A DNA stretch of 27,840 bases from Thermococcus sp. JdFR-02 (GTDB taxonomy: Archaea; Methanobacteriota_B; Thermococci; Thermococcales; Thermococcaceae), in the NCBI GenBank assembly GCA_002009975.1, contig MTLP01000019.1, positions 1 to 27,840 on the forward strand, given 5' to 3'. This document shows, in pieces, positions 9,255 to 19,150 of the stretch. The notes below the pieces were generated by a model, which searched no databases, was not told where the DNA came from, and saw nothing but the letters and a program-made list of their open reading frames with translations. Both the position numbers and the translations under genes were made by a program. Each line of letters opens with the position of its first letter. Positions within the stretch are counted from its first letter, which is position 1.

Positions 9255-10238
9255 TTACTTCACAAAGACCAAAAACTCCTCCCCAAGAGCTTTTAGCTTA
9301 TAACCTCTCAGCTCACCCTTAAGATAGCGCTTTAAGTTCTGTAAAAGCATTTCTCTTTTCCTGAGCAATTTTTGAGCATCTTCAACATCAACAGCTTTAA
9401 ACTTGAGTTTTCCTCCAATTCTTGTTTGAGCAACTCTTGGAACATCGACTTTTGCGACGACGGCTATTTTAGCATAACCACCAGTGGTTTGTCTGTCTGC
9501 TAACATTATTATTGGCTTTCCATTTGCTGGGACCTGAACTGCACCTAAAGGTATTGCATCCGTTATAATGTCTGCCCCCAGCTTGCTATGCTCTATTTTT
9601 GGTCCTTCTAAGCGGTAACCCATTCTATCAGAATTGCGTGTCACTTCATAGATTGAGCTTAAAAATGTATCAATTCCTTCTTCAGTGAAGTGTTCTAATT
9701 GAGGTCCTAACACTACTCTAATTCCGTTCTCATTTAGATACTTCGGAATAAAGTCCTCTGGAAGTTCTTTTCCTTCTTTTCCAGTTAAAATAGCATAGCC
9801 AAGCTTTAGCTTATCGCCAGCTTTCAAAGGATTCCCTAAATTTGCTCTAACATAAGTTGAAGCGCTTCCTAAGATTTTTAGAACATCAATTCCACCAGCA
9901 AAAGCAATATAGCCATAAACACCACTCTTTAAAGTTCCAACCTCTAAAATGTCTCCTCTTTTTGCCCAGTAACTTTTCCAAGGAGAAATTTTAACACCGT
10001 TTAGATAAACATCAACATCTCCAGCTACTGCAAAGACGCTTGATGCATGGAACTTTATAGTTGGCCCTTGAAGAACGAACTCTAATAAAGCTCTATTTTC
10101 GTCATTTCCTACTAAAAAGTTAGCTAAGCGAGCGGAATAATCATCCATAACGCCACTAACGGGAACACCAAGCTTTTGATAACCATATCTTCCAAGATCT
10201 TGAATTGTTAGGATATTGGCTTTTAGAATCTCTATCAT
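9255..10238 (-). CDS. pxpC: 5-oxoprolinase subunit C (AHS2/KipA-like)
   Basis: TIQDLGRYG, SDRMGYRL, DRQTTGGYAK; ATG 10238 overlaps the pxpB stop (ATGA). Confidence 0.9.
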   Translation of the reverse strand: MIEILKANILTIQDLGRYGYQKLGVPVSGVMDDYSARLANFLVGNDENRALLEFVLQGPTIKFHASSVFAVAGDVDVYLNGVKISPWKSYWAKRGDILEVGTLKSGVYGYIAFAGGIDVLKILGSASTYVRANLGNPLKAGDKLKLGYAILTGKEGKELPEDFIPKYLNENGIRVVLGPQLEHFTEEGIDTFLSSIYEVTRNSDRMGYRLEGPKIEHSKLGADIITDAIPLGAVQVPANGKPIIMLADRQTTGGYAKIAVVAKVDVPRVAQTRIGGKLKFKAVDVEDAQKLLRKREMLLQNLKRYLKGELRGYKLKALGEEFLVFVK

Positions 10239-10921
10239 CTTTGTTCGCCCCAATTTAGCTTGTAAATTTCCCAAAACTCCTTCTCATCAATAGGAACAAA
10301 TTTAACGTAATTTCCCGGCTGTAACAGGGTTGGCGGATCTTTGCTTGGGTCAAAAAGTTTCAATGGTGTTCTACCAATTAATCTCCATCCGCCAGGACTT
10401 TCAAGGGGATAAATTCCCGTCTGCTTTCCTGCTATTCCCACACTTCCCGCTGGCACTTTCAAGCGAGGCTTTTCTAAGCGAGGTGTTGCAATTCTCTCAT
10501 CCATCCCTCCTAAATAGGCAAACCCTGGAGTAAAGCCAAGCATGTAAACCCTATACAAAGGTTTTGAATGAAGCTCTATTACATCATCAACAGTTAATCC
10601 ATTATAATTTGCCACAAACTCAATGTCAGGTCCAAATTCCCCTCCATAGACCGTTGGTATCTCCACTACTCTATGCTCTTCCTCTTTAGGTTCTGCACTC
10701 AAAAAAGGCCCGACTGCTTTTAGAATCTCCTGATAGCTTATTTTCAGAGGATCATAATAAACGTAAATGCTTGTATATGTTGGCACAACTTCAATGAGCC
10801 ACTCTGGTTTAGCTTTCTCTATTGCATTGGCAACAGCATGAACTTTCTTATTAACGCTTTCACTAATCTCATTGCCAAAAATTATAACTAGAGCGGAATC
10901 TCCAGCTGGTTTGAAGTCCAT
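10235..10921 (-). CDS. pxpB: 5-oxoprolinase subunit B (AHS1/KipI-like)
   Basis: YGGEFGPD, GFTPGFAYLG, YPLESPGGWRLIGRT. Confidence 0.92.
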   Translation of the reverse strand: MDFKPAGDSALVIIFGNEISESVNKKVHAVANAIEKAKPEWLIEVVPTYTSIYVYYDPLKISYQEILKAVGPFLSAEPKEEEHRVVEIPTVYGGEFGPDIEFVANYNGLTVDDVIELHSKPLYRVYMLGFTPGFAYLGGMDERIATPRLEKPRLKVPAGSVGIAGKQTGIYPLESPGGWRLIGRTPLKLFDPSKDPPTLLQPGNYVKFVPIDEKEFWEIYKLNWGEQR

Positions 10922-10925
10922 GGAA

Positions 10926-11693
10926 TCACCTTACTACTTCTTTCATCGGCACAATTTTAACGCCTTCCTCTTCTAAGCGCTTCCTTATGTAAGCAGTGAT
11001 CTCAAGAGCTTTTGGATTGTCTCCATGAACACAGATAGTATCGGCTTTTAACTCTATCCACTCACCGTTAATAGCTTCAACACCACCGTCTTTGACCATC
11101 GAAATAACTCTCCCAACAATTAGCTCTTTATCGTGAATCACTGCTCCCGGTAACTTTCTTGAAACTAAAGTTCCATCTGGATTGTAGGCTCTATCAGCAA
11201 AGACTTCGTGAGCAACTTTTAACCCCATCTCTTGGGCAATATCTAAAACCTTTGAGTTTGAAAGCCCTACAAAAATCAGTTTTTTATCAAAGTCTGCTAT
11301 TCCTTCAAGAACTCCCCTTAAAAGCTCTTCATCTTTAACTAAAGCGTTGTATAACGCACCATGAGGTTTAACATGTTGCAATTTCAAGCCTTCAGCTTTT
11401 ACAAAAGCATAAAGCGAACCGATTTGATAGAGGATGTAATTTCTTGCCTCTTCTCTTGTAATGTTCATATAACGTCTCCCAAAACCCATTAAATCTGGAT
11501 AACCTGGATGCGCCCCAACTTCAACGCCATTTTCTTTTGCCAATTTCACAGTTCTTCTCATAACCAATGGATCTCCAGCATGCCAGCCACATGCAACGTT
11601 TGCTGAAGTGATATATATCATAACCTCCTCATCCATGCCAAGTTTATAACGCCCAAAACTTTCGCCTAAATCACTGTTAAGGTCAACCTTCAT
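10926..11693 (-). CDS. pxpA: 5-oxoprolinase subunit A (LamB/YcsF)
   Basis: [40 protein letters not shown]. Confidence 0.95.
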   Translation of the reverse strand: MKVDLNSDLGESFGRYKLGMDEEVMIYITSANVACGWHAGDPLVMRRTVKLAKENGVEVGAHPGYPDLMGFGRRYMNITREEARNYILYQIGSLYAFVKAEGLKLQHVKPHGALYNALVKDEELLRGVLEGIADFDKKLIFVGLSNSKVLDIAQEMGLKVAHEVFADRAYNPDGTLVSRKLPGAVIHDKELIVGRVISMVKDGGVEAINGEWIELKADTICVHGDNPKALEITAYIRKRLEEEGVKIVPMKEVVR

Positions 11694-11759
11694 ACAACCA
11701 CCAAAAGGATGTTAGCTCTAAAGGGATAAAGCTTTAACTGAAGATGCAAAGCTTTAATC

Positions 11760-12242
11760 ATGCTCGTTATAGATGCTGCAATATTCATTCAAGGCATTGA
11801 TGTTGAGGGCTTTACTACTCCAAAAGTTGTGAAGGAAGTTAAAGACACCAATTCAAAGCTGTTTTTGGAGAGTCTAGTTAATGCTGGAAAAGTTAAAGTG
11901 CTAATGCCCTCAAAAGAAAGCATTGAAATTGTTAAGAAAAAAGCCCTTGAAACTGGGGAATTGGATGAGTTAAGTGATGCTGATATAGAGCTTTTAGCTT
12001 TAGCTTATGAGCTTAATGCAACAATCTTTACCGATGATTATAACCTTCAAAACATTGCAACTTTGCTTGGTTTAACGTTTAAGACACTTAAAAGAGGAAT
12101 TAAAAAAGTCATAAAATGGAGATATGTTTGTATTGGCTGTGGGAGAAAATTTGAGAGAATGCCCTTTGAGGGAGTTTGTCCAGATTGTGGTAGCAGGGTA
12201 AAATTAATCCCAAGAAAGAAGAGAAGGCGTCAGCGCTCATAG
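11760..12242 (+). CDS. nob1: Nob1-like PIN endoribonuclease with Zn ribbon
   Basis: [29 protein letters not shown]...CPDCGS. Confidence 0.9.
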   Translation: MLVIDAAIFIQGIDVEGFTTPKVVKEVKDTNSKLFLESLVNAGKVKVLMPSKESIEIVKKKALETGELDELSDADIELLALAYELNATIFTDDYNLQNIATLLGLTFKTLKRGIKKVIKWRYVCIGCGRKFERMPFEGVCPDCGSRVKLIPRKKRRRQRS

Positions 12243-12281
12243 GGTTCTTCATCAAATCCGAACAATTCTATCATCATCCGC
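12227..12281 (-). ncRNA. Box C/D guide RNA; D guide predicted to direct Cm34 of pre-tRNA-Met (sR49/sR-tMet-like)
   Basis: Minus strand gcgg-ATGATGA-tagaattgtt-CGGA-tttg-ATGAAGA-accctatgagcg-CTGA-cgc; D guide gives 10 bp with pre-tRNA-Met GCUCAUAGGG. Confidence 0.9.
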
Positions 12282-12288
12282 TAAGTGA

Positions 12289-12684
12289 TTACTGCATGTA
12301 ATACTCAATAAGCTTTCTCAACTCAATATTTTTCTCAATCTTTTTCCTTAAAAATCTTTTAAGTTGCATGTTCTCGGCTAAAAGACCGCTCAATTCAATT
12401 GCCAAAATTTTATTATCCTCGCTTACACCATAGGCTTTATACCTCAGCGGTGCCCATATCTTTTCGAGCTCTCCAGTTTTCTTTTGAAGTTCTTTAATTT
12501 TATTTTCAAGCTTCTCTAGATTCTCTTTTGGACTTTTAAACTCGTCAGTGAGAATTATTTCAAAAACTCTCTCAGGAGAAACTCCATAGGCTTCACTAAG
12601 TTCTAAAATTCTGTTGTAGAGTTCATCAGGAATTTCAACTTCAATTTTTCCAAAGCCTTTATCTGGTTTTATTATTAAAAGCAC
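12289..12684 (-). CDS. Hypothetical protein: RHH-like N-terminus plus coiled coil
   Basis: 131 aa; KIEVEIPDELYNRILELSEAYGVSPERVFEIIL followed by heptad repeats. Confidence 0.8.
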   Translation of the reverse strand: MLLIIKPDKGFGKIEVEIPDELYNRILELSEAYGVSPERVFEIILTDEFKSPKENLEKLENKIKELQKKTGELEKIWAPLRYKAYGVSEDNKILAIELSGLLAENMQLKRFLRKKIEKNIELRKLIEYYMQ

Positions 12685-12988
12685 GTCTTTTCGCCTCCAG
12701 CTCTTCTCTCAAAGTTTTATTCTCTTCTCTTAATGTATCCCTCATTTTTTGCATTAACCCTTTGTCCTTAAGGGCTTTTTCATAAAACGCTTTAAGCTCA
12801 TCCAATTGCTCTTCAATTTCTCTAATTTTCTCCTCAAGCTTCTCTTTCTTTTTAAGCAAGAACTCTTCACGTTCAGCCATTAGCGTTAGTTCTGCTTTCT
12901 TTAAATTTTCCTCAATTAGCTTTAAGATGTCATCCTCATTTAGCTTTTTTAGAGTTTTGAACTTTTCTTTTGAAATTCTGATTTCCAT
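12659..12988 (-). CDS. Hypothetical coiled-coil protein
   Basis: 109 aa, E/K/L-rich heptads; ATG preceded by GGTGA. Confidence 0.8.
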   Translation of the reverse strand: MEIRISKEKFKTLKKLNEDDILKLIEENLKKAELTLMAEREEFLLKKKEKLEEKIREIEEQLDELKAFYEKALKDKGLMQKMRDTLREENKTLREELEAKRRAFNNKTR

Positions 12989-12994
12989 TATTGT

Positions 12995-13822
12995 TCACCT
13001 TTTATTTTTCTTCTCCATCTCTGTTTTTCTGTCGTAGCACAAGATATAGAACGCTAAGAGGGATTTCCACTTGCCATAAGGCTCAATAATTTCTCTTACG
13101 TCTTTTTCCTTGACTTCCTTAACATTTTTTCCAAAAATCTTTGCAATTCCTCTCCTTAAACCAAGGTCTCCTGCAGGATAAATATTTTTTCTAAGCCCAT
13201 ACACTAAGAAAAGCTCAGCACTCCATTTTCCAATTCCCCTAAACTTCACCAAGTACTTTACAGCATCTTCTTCACTTAAATCCTCTAAATCCAGGTTTAA
13301 CTTCCCCTTAACATATAGTTCTGTCAAATTCTTCACGTATTCTGCTCTATATCCAAGTTTTACACTCTTTAGCTCTTCAATACTTAACTTCACTATTTCT
13401 CCAGCTTTGGGGAATAAATAGAGACTTCCAATCTTTTTTCCAAAGTTTTTCACCAGGTTCGCTATAGTTCTCATTGCAAACTCAAAATTTACTTGTTGCT
13501 GAGCAATTGTCTCTACCAATGCTTGATACTTACTTGGAGCTGCTGGGATTGTCAAACCATAAAAATCTTCGATTAAAAAAGAGAATCTTGAGTCTTCTAT
13601 CTCACTGTAAAACCTATCTAAATCTGTATTAAGACCTAAAATAAACTCCAGTCTTTCCTTTGCATCTTTCTTTTCTCTACTTGATAGATAATAGGGAAAA
13701 TAAAAATCATTTCCATCAAAACCTACTATTCCATAATCTAACGCTTGCCAAAAAATCCCATTCTCGAACTTCCAAGTATGGTTCTTTATCATTTCATGTG
13801 TCACTTTTCTTAGATCGATCAT
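12995..13822 (-). CDS. alkA: AlkA-family DNA-3-methyladenine glycosylase (HhH-GPD)
   Basis: TIAQQQV, LGYRAEY, FRGIGKWSAE HhH motif, YPAGDLGLRR; ATG 13822 overlaps the upstream stop (ATGA). Confidence 0.9.
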   Translation of the reverse strand: MIDLRKVTHEMIKNHTWKFENGIFWQALDYGIVGFDGNDFYFPYYLSSREKKDAKERLEFILGLNTDLDRFYSEIEDSRFSFLIEDFYGLTIPAAPSKYQALVETIAQQQVNFEFAMRTIANLVKNFGKKIGSLYLFPKAGEIVKLSIEELKSVKLGYRAEYVKNLTELYVKGKLNLDLEDLSEEDAVKYLVKFRGIGKWSAELFLVYGLRKNIYPAGDLGLRRGIAKIFGKNVKEVKEKDVREIIEPYGKWKSLLAFYILCYDRKTEMEKKNKR

Positions 13823-14124
13823 GTCTTCACCTTGATCCACTTTTCTAAGGTTAATGGATGTTCCTTGATACCTTTAAGTGTAGATACATAAAGTCTTTTT
13901 CCATCTCTTGAGCGCTTTATTTCAAGCTCATTGGATTCTTCTAAAAATCGCATGATCTCCTTTATATCCTTTTCTTTAATGCTATACGATTCCTTAAGCT
14001 TGTTCCAGAAAGGTTCAGAATCACTTAGCTTTGCAACTTCCCTCACAACTTTCCAAGCAATCTTGACTCTATCTTCTCCTCTCAAAACCTTAAATCTCTT
14101 TATTTCTTCTTTCATAGCCCTCAA
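13819..14124 (-). CDS. Hypothetical protein, possible winged-helix fold
   Basis: 101 aa (98 from ATG 14115); SIKEKDIKEIMRFLEESNELEIKRSRDGKRLYVST looks like a recognition helix plus wing; coupled to alkA. Confidence 0.75.
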   Translation of the reverse strand: MRAMKEEIKRFKVLRGEDRVKIAWKVVREVAKLSDSEPFWNKLKESYSIKEKDIKEIMRFLEESNELEIKRSRDGKRLYVSTLKGIKEHPLTLEKWIKVKT

Positions 14125-14264
14125 CTAAAAATTATACTCATTCCTTTAAAGGATTTTTGTAGTTTAGCAATCTCAAAATCCTCTCTGCTTAACGGTAAGA
14201 TAAATTTCTTCGGGACAAAGTTTAAATCTAATTAAGGAATAACTTTTATACAGGAGGGTGGTTA

Positions 14265-15614
14265 ATGAAAAAAGTACTTTTGCTTATCATATTTCTATTT
14301 CTTCTCACCCCTGCGCTAGCACAAGCAAAAACCGTTTATGTAGCTCAAATCAAAGGGTCAATTACATCCTACACTTATGACCAGTTTGACAGATACATAA
14401 GCGAGGCTGAGAAGGCTAAAGCAAATGCAATAATTATAGAACTTGATACTCCCGGTGGAAGAGGAGACGCTATGATGAACATAATTCAAAGAATAAAGAC
14501 TTCAAAAGTTCCTGTTATAATTTATGTTTATCCTGAAGGGGCAATAGCAGCTTCTGCTGGTACTTACATAGCTCTAAGCTCTCACCTAATAGCAATGGCA
14601 CCAGGAACGAGTATTGGTGCGGCTGAGCCTATTATGGGATACTCTCAAAATGGCAGCATAATAGAAGCCCCTGACAAGGTGAAAAAGTTTTATGTAGCGT
14701 ATATAAAGAGCCTAGCACAATCAACAGGGAGAAATGAAACTATAGCTGAAGAGTTTGTAACCAAAAACTTAAGCTTAACCCCTGATGAAGCTTTAGAAGC
14801 TGGTGTTATTGAAGTAATCGCCTATGACGTCTCAGACTTAATTTCAAAGGCAGATGGAATGAAAACTAAAGCAACGATAAATGGGAAGCATGTTACGTTA
14901 GATTTAAAAGGCGCCAAAATAGTCTTTCTCAAATCAACGTTTAAAGATCAGGTGATAAGCTACATCACAGATCCAGCTGTCGCATATATCCTCCTAACAC
15001 TCGGTATTTGGGCATTAATTTTGGGATTCCTAACCCCAGGATGGCATGTTCCAGAAACCGCTGGTGCAATAATGATAGCCCTAGCCATAATTGGATTGGG
15101 TTACTTTGGATATAGGAGCGCTGGATTAGTATTAATCATCCTCGCAATGATATTCTTTATTGCAGAAGCACTAACCCCAACTTTTGGACTCTTCACAGTT
15201 GCAGGGTTAATAACCTTCATTCTTGGGAGCATCTTCATGTTTAGTGGAGGTGAAGGAATGGACTATTTGATAAGCAGGGAAGTGTATTCACAACTTAGGT
15301 TGATAATAATCACCATAGGAATTCTCCTAGCATTGTTCTTTGCCTTTGGAATGGCTGCAGTAATAAGGGCTCATAGGAGAAAAGCCCAAACAGGAAAAGA
15401 AGAAATGATTGGTCTAATAGGCGAGGTTGTAGATGCTCTAACACCAGAAGGTTTGATCAGAGTTAGAGGAGAGCTATGGAAAGCTGTAAGCAAGAATGGT
15501 GAAAAAATAGAGTTTGGAGAGAAGGTTAGGGTTGTTGGTATGGATGGACTTAAACTTATTGTTGTTAGGGAAAAAGAAAAATACGAAGTTGAAGAAAATA
15601 AAGGTGGTGAATGA
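14265..15614 (+). CDS. nfeD: NfeD/STOPP membrane-bound serine protease
   Basis: Signal peptide, LDTPGG, AASAG catalytic Ser, TM region, C-terminal OB fold (GELWKA); overlaps the stomatin gene. Confidence 0.93.
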   Translation: MKKVLLLIIFLFLLTPALAQAKTVYVAQIKGSITSYTYDQFDRYISEAEKAKANAIIIELDTPGGRGDAMMNIIQRIKTSKVPVIIYVYPEGAIAASAGTYIALSSHLIAMAPGTSIGAAEPIMGYSQNGSIIEAPDKVKKFYVAYIKSLAQSTGRNETIAEEFVTKNLSLTPDEALEAGVIEVIAYDVSDLISKADGMKTKATINGKHVTLDLKGAKIVFLKSTFKDQVISYITDPAVAYILLTLGIWALILGFLTPGWHVPETAGAIMIALAIIGLGYFGYRSAGLVLIILAMIFFIAEALTPTFGLFTVAGLITFILGSIFMFSGGEGMDYLISREVYSQLRLIIITIGILLALFFAFGMAAVIRAHRRKAQTGKEEMIGLIGEVVDALTPEGLIRVRGELWKAVSKNGEKIEFGEKVRVVGMDGLKLIVVREKEKYEVEENKGGE

Positions 15615-16423
15615 AAATGTTTGGCTTTATTAGTGGAAACTTTATTGTTTGGGCAATAATAATAGTCTTTATCTTGGTGTTCCTTAGCTCAGCAATAAAG
15701 ATTGTTAAAGAATATGAAAGAGCAGTAATCTTTAGATTGGGAAGAGTTGTCGGCGCAAGAGGTCCAGGAATATTCTTCATAATCCCAATATTTGAAAAGG
15801 CCATTGTGGTTGATTTAAGAACTCAAGTTTTAGACGTTCCAGTTCAAGAGACAATTACAAGAGACAACGTTCCAGTTAGAGTTAATGCCGTTGTCTACTT
15901 TAGAGTCATTGATCCTATAAAAGCAGTGACCCAAGTTAAGAACTTCATAATGGCAACTTCACAAATTTCTCAAACTACGCTAAGGAGTGTAATCGGTCAA
16001 GCACATTTAGATGAGCTTTTGAGTGAAAGAGAAAAATTGAATAGAGAGCTACAAAAAATCATTGATGAAGCAACTGATCCCTGGGGAATCAAGGTAACAA
16101 CTGTAGAGATAAAGGATGTAGAACTACCATCAGGTATGCAAAGGGCAATGGCAAGACAAGCAGAGGCAGAGAGAGAAAGAAGGGCTAGAATAACATTAGC
16201 AGAAGCAGAAAGGCAAGCTGCTGAGAAATTAGCAGAAGCAGCGGAGATTATATCAAAGCACCCAATGGCATTACAACTTAGAACACTACAAACAATTAGT
16301 GATGTTGCGAGTGATAAAAGCAACGTAATAGTATTGCCAATTCCAATGGAGATGCTTAAACTATTTAGAGGTCTAGCAGAGTTCTCTGACTACATGAAGA
16401 AAGAAAAGAAGAAGGAGGAGTAG
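15611..16423 (+). CDS. Stomatin / SPFH-domain protein
   Basis: [37 protein letters not shown]. Confidence 0.95.
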   Translation: MKMFGFISGNFIVWAIIIVFILVFLSSAIKIVKEYERAVIFRLGRVVGARGPGIFFIIPIFEKAIVVDLRTQVLDVPVQETITRDNVPVRVNAVVYFRVIDPIKAVTQVKNFIMATSQISQTTLRSVIGQAHLDELLSEREKLNRELQKIIDEATDPWGIKVTTVEIKDVELPSGMQRAMARQAEAERERRARITLAEAERQAAEKLAEAAEIISKHPMALQLRTLQTISDVASDKSNVIVLPIPMEMLKLFRGLAEFSDYMKKEKKKEE

Positions 16424-16448
16424 CATTTTTTCTACTTTTTTGATTTTT
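16424..16448 (+). terminator. Probable oligo(T) terminator after nfeD-stomatin
   Basis: CATTTTTTCTACTTTTTTGATTTTT immediately after the stop codon. Confidence 0.6.
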
Positions 16449-16522
16449 AGTAACTAAAAATTTACACAGCGTTAAATTTAAAAAACTTCCCTATTCTTAT
16501 TTATTATTTGGGGGTGGGCAAG

Positions 16523-16777
16523 ATGAAGGTGAAGTTAGCCTACCCCGACTATATTGTAGAGATAACAGAAAAAGAAGTGTTTCTATTCAATGGAAGATTA
16601 ATCAGCGCACCTCTTGATGAGATAGTAGAGTACGCAACTGGAAAAGAGGCTGTTCTACCTGAAGAGCTTAAAAAGATCGCAATTGACATCTTTACGATAT
16701 TAAGTGAGCTTGGTTTTGAAGATGTGCTGTCAAGGTATTACATCTTAGATGAGACTTCAAGAAGTGCACTCGCTTAG
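16523..16777 (+). CDS. Small hypothetical protein (84 aa)
   Basis: GGGGTGGG RBS before ATG 16523; TTTAAAAA TATA near 16477; host-like composition. Confidence 0.75.
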   Translation: MKVKLAYPDYIVEITEKEVFLFNGRLISAPLDEIVEYATGKEAVLPEELKKIAIDIFTILSELGFEDVLSRYYILDETSRSALA

Positions 16778-16904
16778 GTCAAAGGATATTCTTTGCAGAT
16801 TTTTGTGTTTATTGCAGCTTCTTTTCTTTCAAAATTTGCATTGTTTAGTTGAAAACATTTAAGTATTCCACATAGATATAGTAGATATTTCAAGGGTGAT
16901 GAAA

Positions 16905-18419
16905 ATGAGAATGAAGACTAAATTGTTAGATGTACATTCAAGCAGGTTTTTGGTGTTCATTAATGAAAAAGATGCAAGAGAGACTAAGCTACATCCAAAT
17001 GACTTAGTAAAAATTGAGACAGGGAAAAAGACGCTATACGGAGAAGTGGTTATAGATAATGCAAACATCCAGCCGGGAGAAATTGGGTTAAGCAAGGATT
17101 TTCTAACCGTGCACAATTTTTCTCAAGGTGAAATCATAAACATAGTTCCCGCAGGGACACCGGAAAGCGTTCGTTACATAAAGAAAAAAATGTATGGGGC
17201 TAAGCTGAAGAAAGTTGAGATTGAAAGCATAATAAAAGACATCGTCGATAGAAAGCTTAGAGACATTGAAATAAGTGCATTTGTAACTGCTTTGGAAATA
17301 AATGGACTTGACATGGATGAGATTGCCACATTAACCGTTGCAATGGCAGAAACTGGAGATATGCTCGACATAGATAGAAAACCAATAATGGATGTGCATA
17401 GCATTGGCGGAGTTCCGGGTAATAAAACAAACATGCTTGTTGTTCCGATTGTTGCTGCAGCAGGTTTAACAATCCCAAAAACTTCTTCAAGAGCTATTAC
17501 AAGTGCCGCAGGAACAGCAGATGTTATGGAAGTTCTAGCCGATGTTAGCTTAAGCCTAGAGGAGATAAAGAGGATCGTGGAAAAAATTGGAGCCTGTATC
17601 GTCTGGGGAGGGGCTTTAAACTTAGCCCCAGCTGATGATATTACAATCCATGCTGAGAGAGTTTTAAGTATAGACCCAAGGGGATTAATGCTCGCGAGCA
17701 TAATGTCAAAGAAATACGCTATGGGAAGTCAATATGTATTAATCGACATTCCAATGGGTAAAGGGGTTAAAGTTGAAAACGTTGAAGAGGCTCGTTCATT
17801 GGCTCGGGACTTTATAGAGTTAGGGAAGAGATTAGGACAATATGTTGAAGTTGCAATTACCTATGGAGGTCAACCGGTAGGTCATAGTGTTGGACCAGCA
17901 TTAGAAGCTAAAGAAGCTTTAGAGACACTAATAAGTGGAAAAGGTCCAGGGAGTTTGGTAGAAAAGGCAACAGGATTAGCAGGGATATTATTGGAAATGG
18001 GAGGTGTTGCCCCGGCTGGAATGGGTAAAAAGATGGCAAGAGAAATCTTAGAGAGCGGAAAAGCCTATGAAAAGATGAAAGAAATAATTGCAGAACAAGG
18101 AGGAGATCCAAATATTAAACCAGAGGACATTCAAATAGGAGATAAAACCTTCACATTTGCAGCTGAAACCGGTGGTTATGTGACACAAATAGACAATAAA
18201 GCAATCACAACAATAGCAAGACAAGCCGGAGCTCCAGAAGACAAGGGAGCCGGAGTTTATCTTCACGTAAAAGTTGGAGAAAAAGTTAAAGAAGGACAAC
18301 CACTCTTTACAATACACGCAGAAAGCGAAGTAAGATTGGAGCAAGCCATAATAGCCGCAAGAAGAAGTGAACCGATAAGGATAGAGGGAATGGTTCTCCA
18401 AAGGATAGGAAATATTTGA
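16905..18419 (+). CDS. deoA: AMP phosphorylase (thymidine phosphorylase family)
   Basis: [38 protein letters not shown]; N-terminal extension typical of archaeal AMP phosphorylase. Start at 16905 or 16911. Confidence 0.93.
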   Translation: MRMKTKLLDVHSSRFLVFINEKDARETKLHPNDLVKIETGKKTLYGEVVIDNANIQPGEIGLSKDFLTVHNFSQGEIINIVPAGTPESVRYIKKKMYGAKLKKVEIESIIKDIVDRKLRDIEISAFVTALEINGLDMDEIATLTVAMAETGDMLDIDRKPIMDVHSIGGVPGNKTNMLVVPIVAAAGLTIPKTSSRAITSAAGTADVMEVLADVSLSLEEIKRIVEKIGACIVWGGALNLAPADDITIHAERVLSIDPRGLMLASIMSKKYAMGSQYVLIDIPMGKGVKVENVEEARSLARDFIELGKRLGQYVEVAITYGGQPVGHSVGPALEAKEALETLISGKGPGSLVEKATGLAGILLEMGGVAPAGMGKKMAREILESGKAYEKMKEIIAEQGGDPNIKPEDIQIGDKTFTFAAETGGYVTQIDNKAITTIARQAGAPEDKGAGVYLHVKVGEKVKEGQPLFTIHAESEVRLEQAIIAARRSEPIRIEGMVLQRIGNI

Positions 18420-18490
18420 TGGTTTTTCTTTTAATTTGTTTTAAAGTCAAGTTTTTAATGTGTGCTGTTCTAATATTTTTGGGAGCTAAA

Positions 18491-19150
18491 ATGATGGACT
18501 TGCACACACATACTCAATTTTCCGATGGAGTTGGATTTATTTATGATAATGTTGCCTCAGCAGAAGAGAAATCCCTTAATATGATTGGAATAAGCGATCA
18601 TATCCACTATTTCACACCTAAAAAATTCAATCGGTATGTTAGTCAAATTAAAAGGATAAAGGAAGAATCAGAAATAGTTGTTTTAGCAGGAATTGAAGCA
18701 AATATAAATGAAAATGGCGTTGATATTCTACCAGACCTTAGAAAAGAACTCGATTACGTAATTGCTTCTGTTCATTTATGGTTTGATATTGGGTATAATG
18801 AGGTTCAGCATTATCTTAACTTGGTTAAAATTGCACTGGAAGACAAAAACGTTGATATAATTGGGCATTTTGGAAACATCTTTCCATATATTGGTGCTTA
18901 TCCTACCTATGATGACCTATTGGAGATAATCCAGCTTGCCGAAGCAAATGGTAAAGCATTTGAGATAAGCTCCCGCTATAAGGTTCCAGATTTAGATTTT
19001 ATAAAGCTCTGTGTAAAACATGGTGTAAAGTTAACTTTTGGCAGTGATGCTCATAGCCCCTCAGACGTAGGAAAAATAGCATGGAGTGTTAAGATCTTAA
19101 AAAAAGCTGGAGGAACAGAAGAAGATTTGCTCTTTAATGATTTGTTATAG
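18491..19150 (+). CDS. PHP-domain phosphoesterase
   Basis: DLHTHTQFSDG, ISDH, ASVH, IIGH, GSDAH; ATG 18491 after GGGAG (the longer ORF start runs through a T-rich spacer). Confidence 0.88.
   Translation: MMDLHTHTQFSDGVGFIYDNVASAEEKSLNMIGISDHIHYFTPKKFNRYVSQIKRIKEESEIVVLAGIEANINENGVDILPDLRKELDYVIASVHLWFDIGYNEVQHYLNLVKIALEDKNVDIIGHFGNIFPYIGAYPTYDDLLEIIQLAEANGKAFEISSRYKVPDLDFIKLCVKHGVKLTFGSDAHSPSDVGKIAWSVKILKKAGGTEEDLLFNDLL

Noticed and set aside
11760-12242. PIN protein as a VapC toxin
   Set aside because: The C-terminal Zn ribbon and TDDY motif fit Nob1; no co-oriented antitoxin.
14142-14153. 12-bp palindrome TCCTTTAAAGGA
   Set aside because: Centred on a self-complementary TTTAAA TATA box; only 3 extra bp per arm.
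5588-16856. Short SurR-like GTTn3AAC motifs at 5588-5596 and 16848-16856
   Set aside because: Only 6 informative bases and no extended n5-GTT part; expected by chance.
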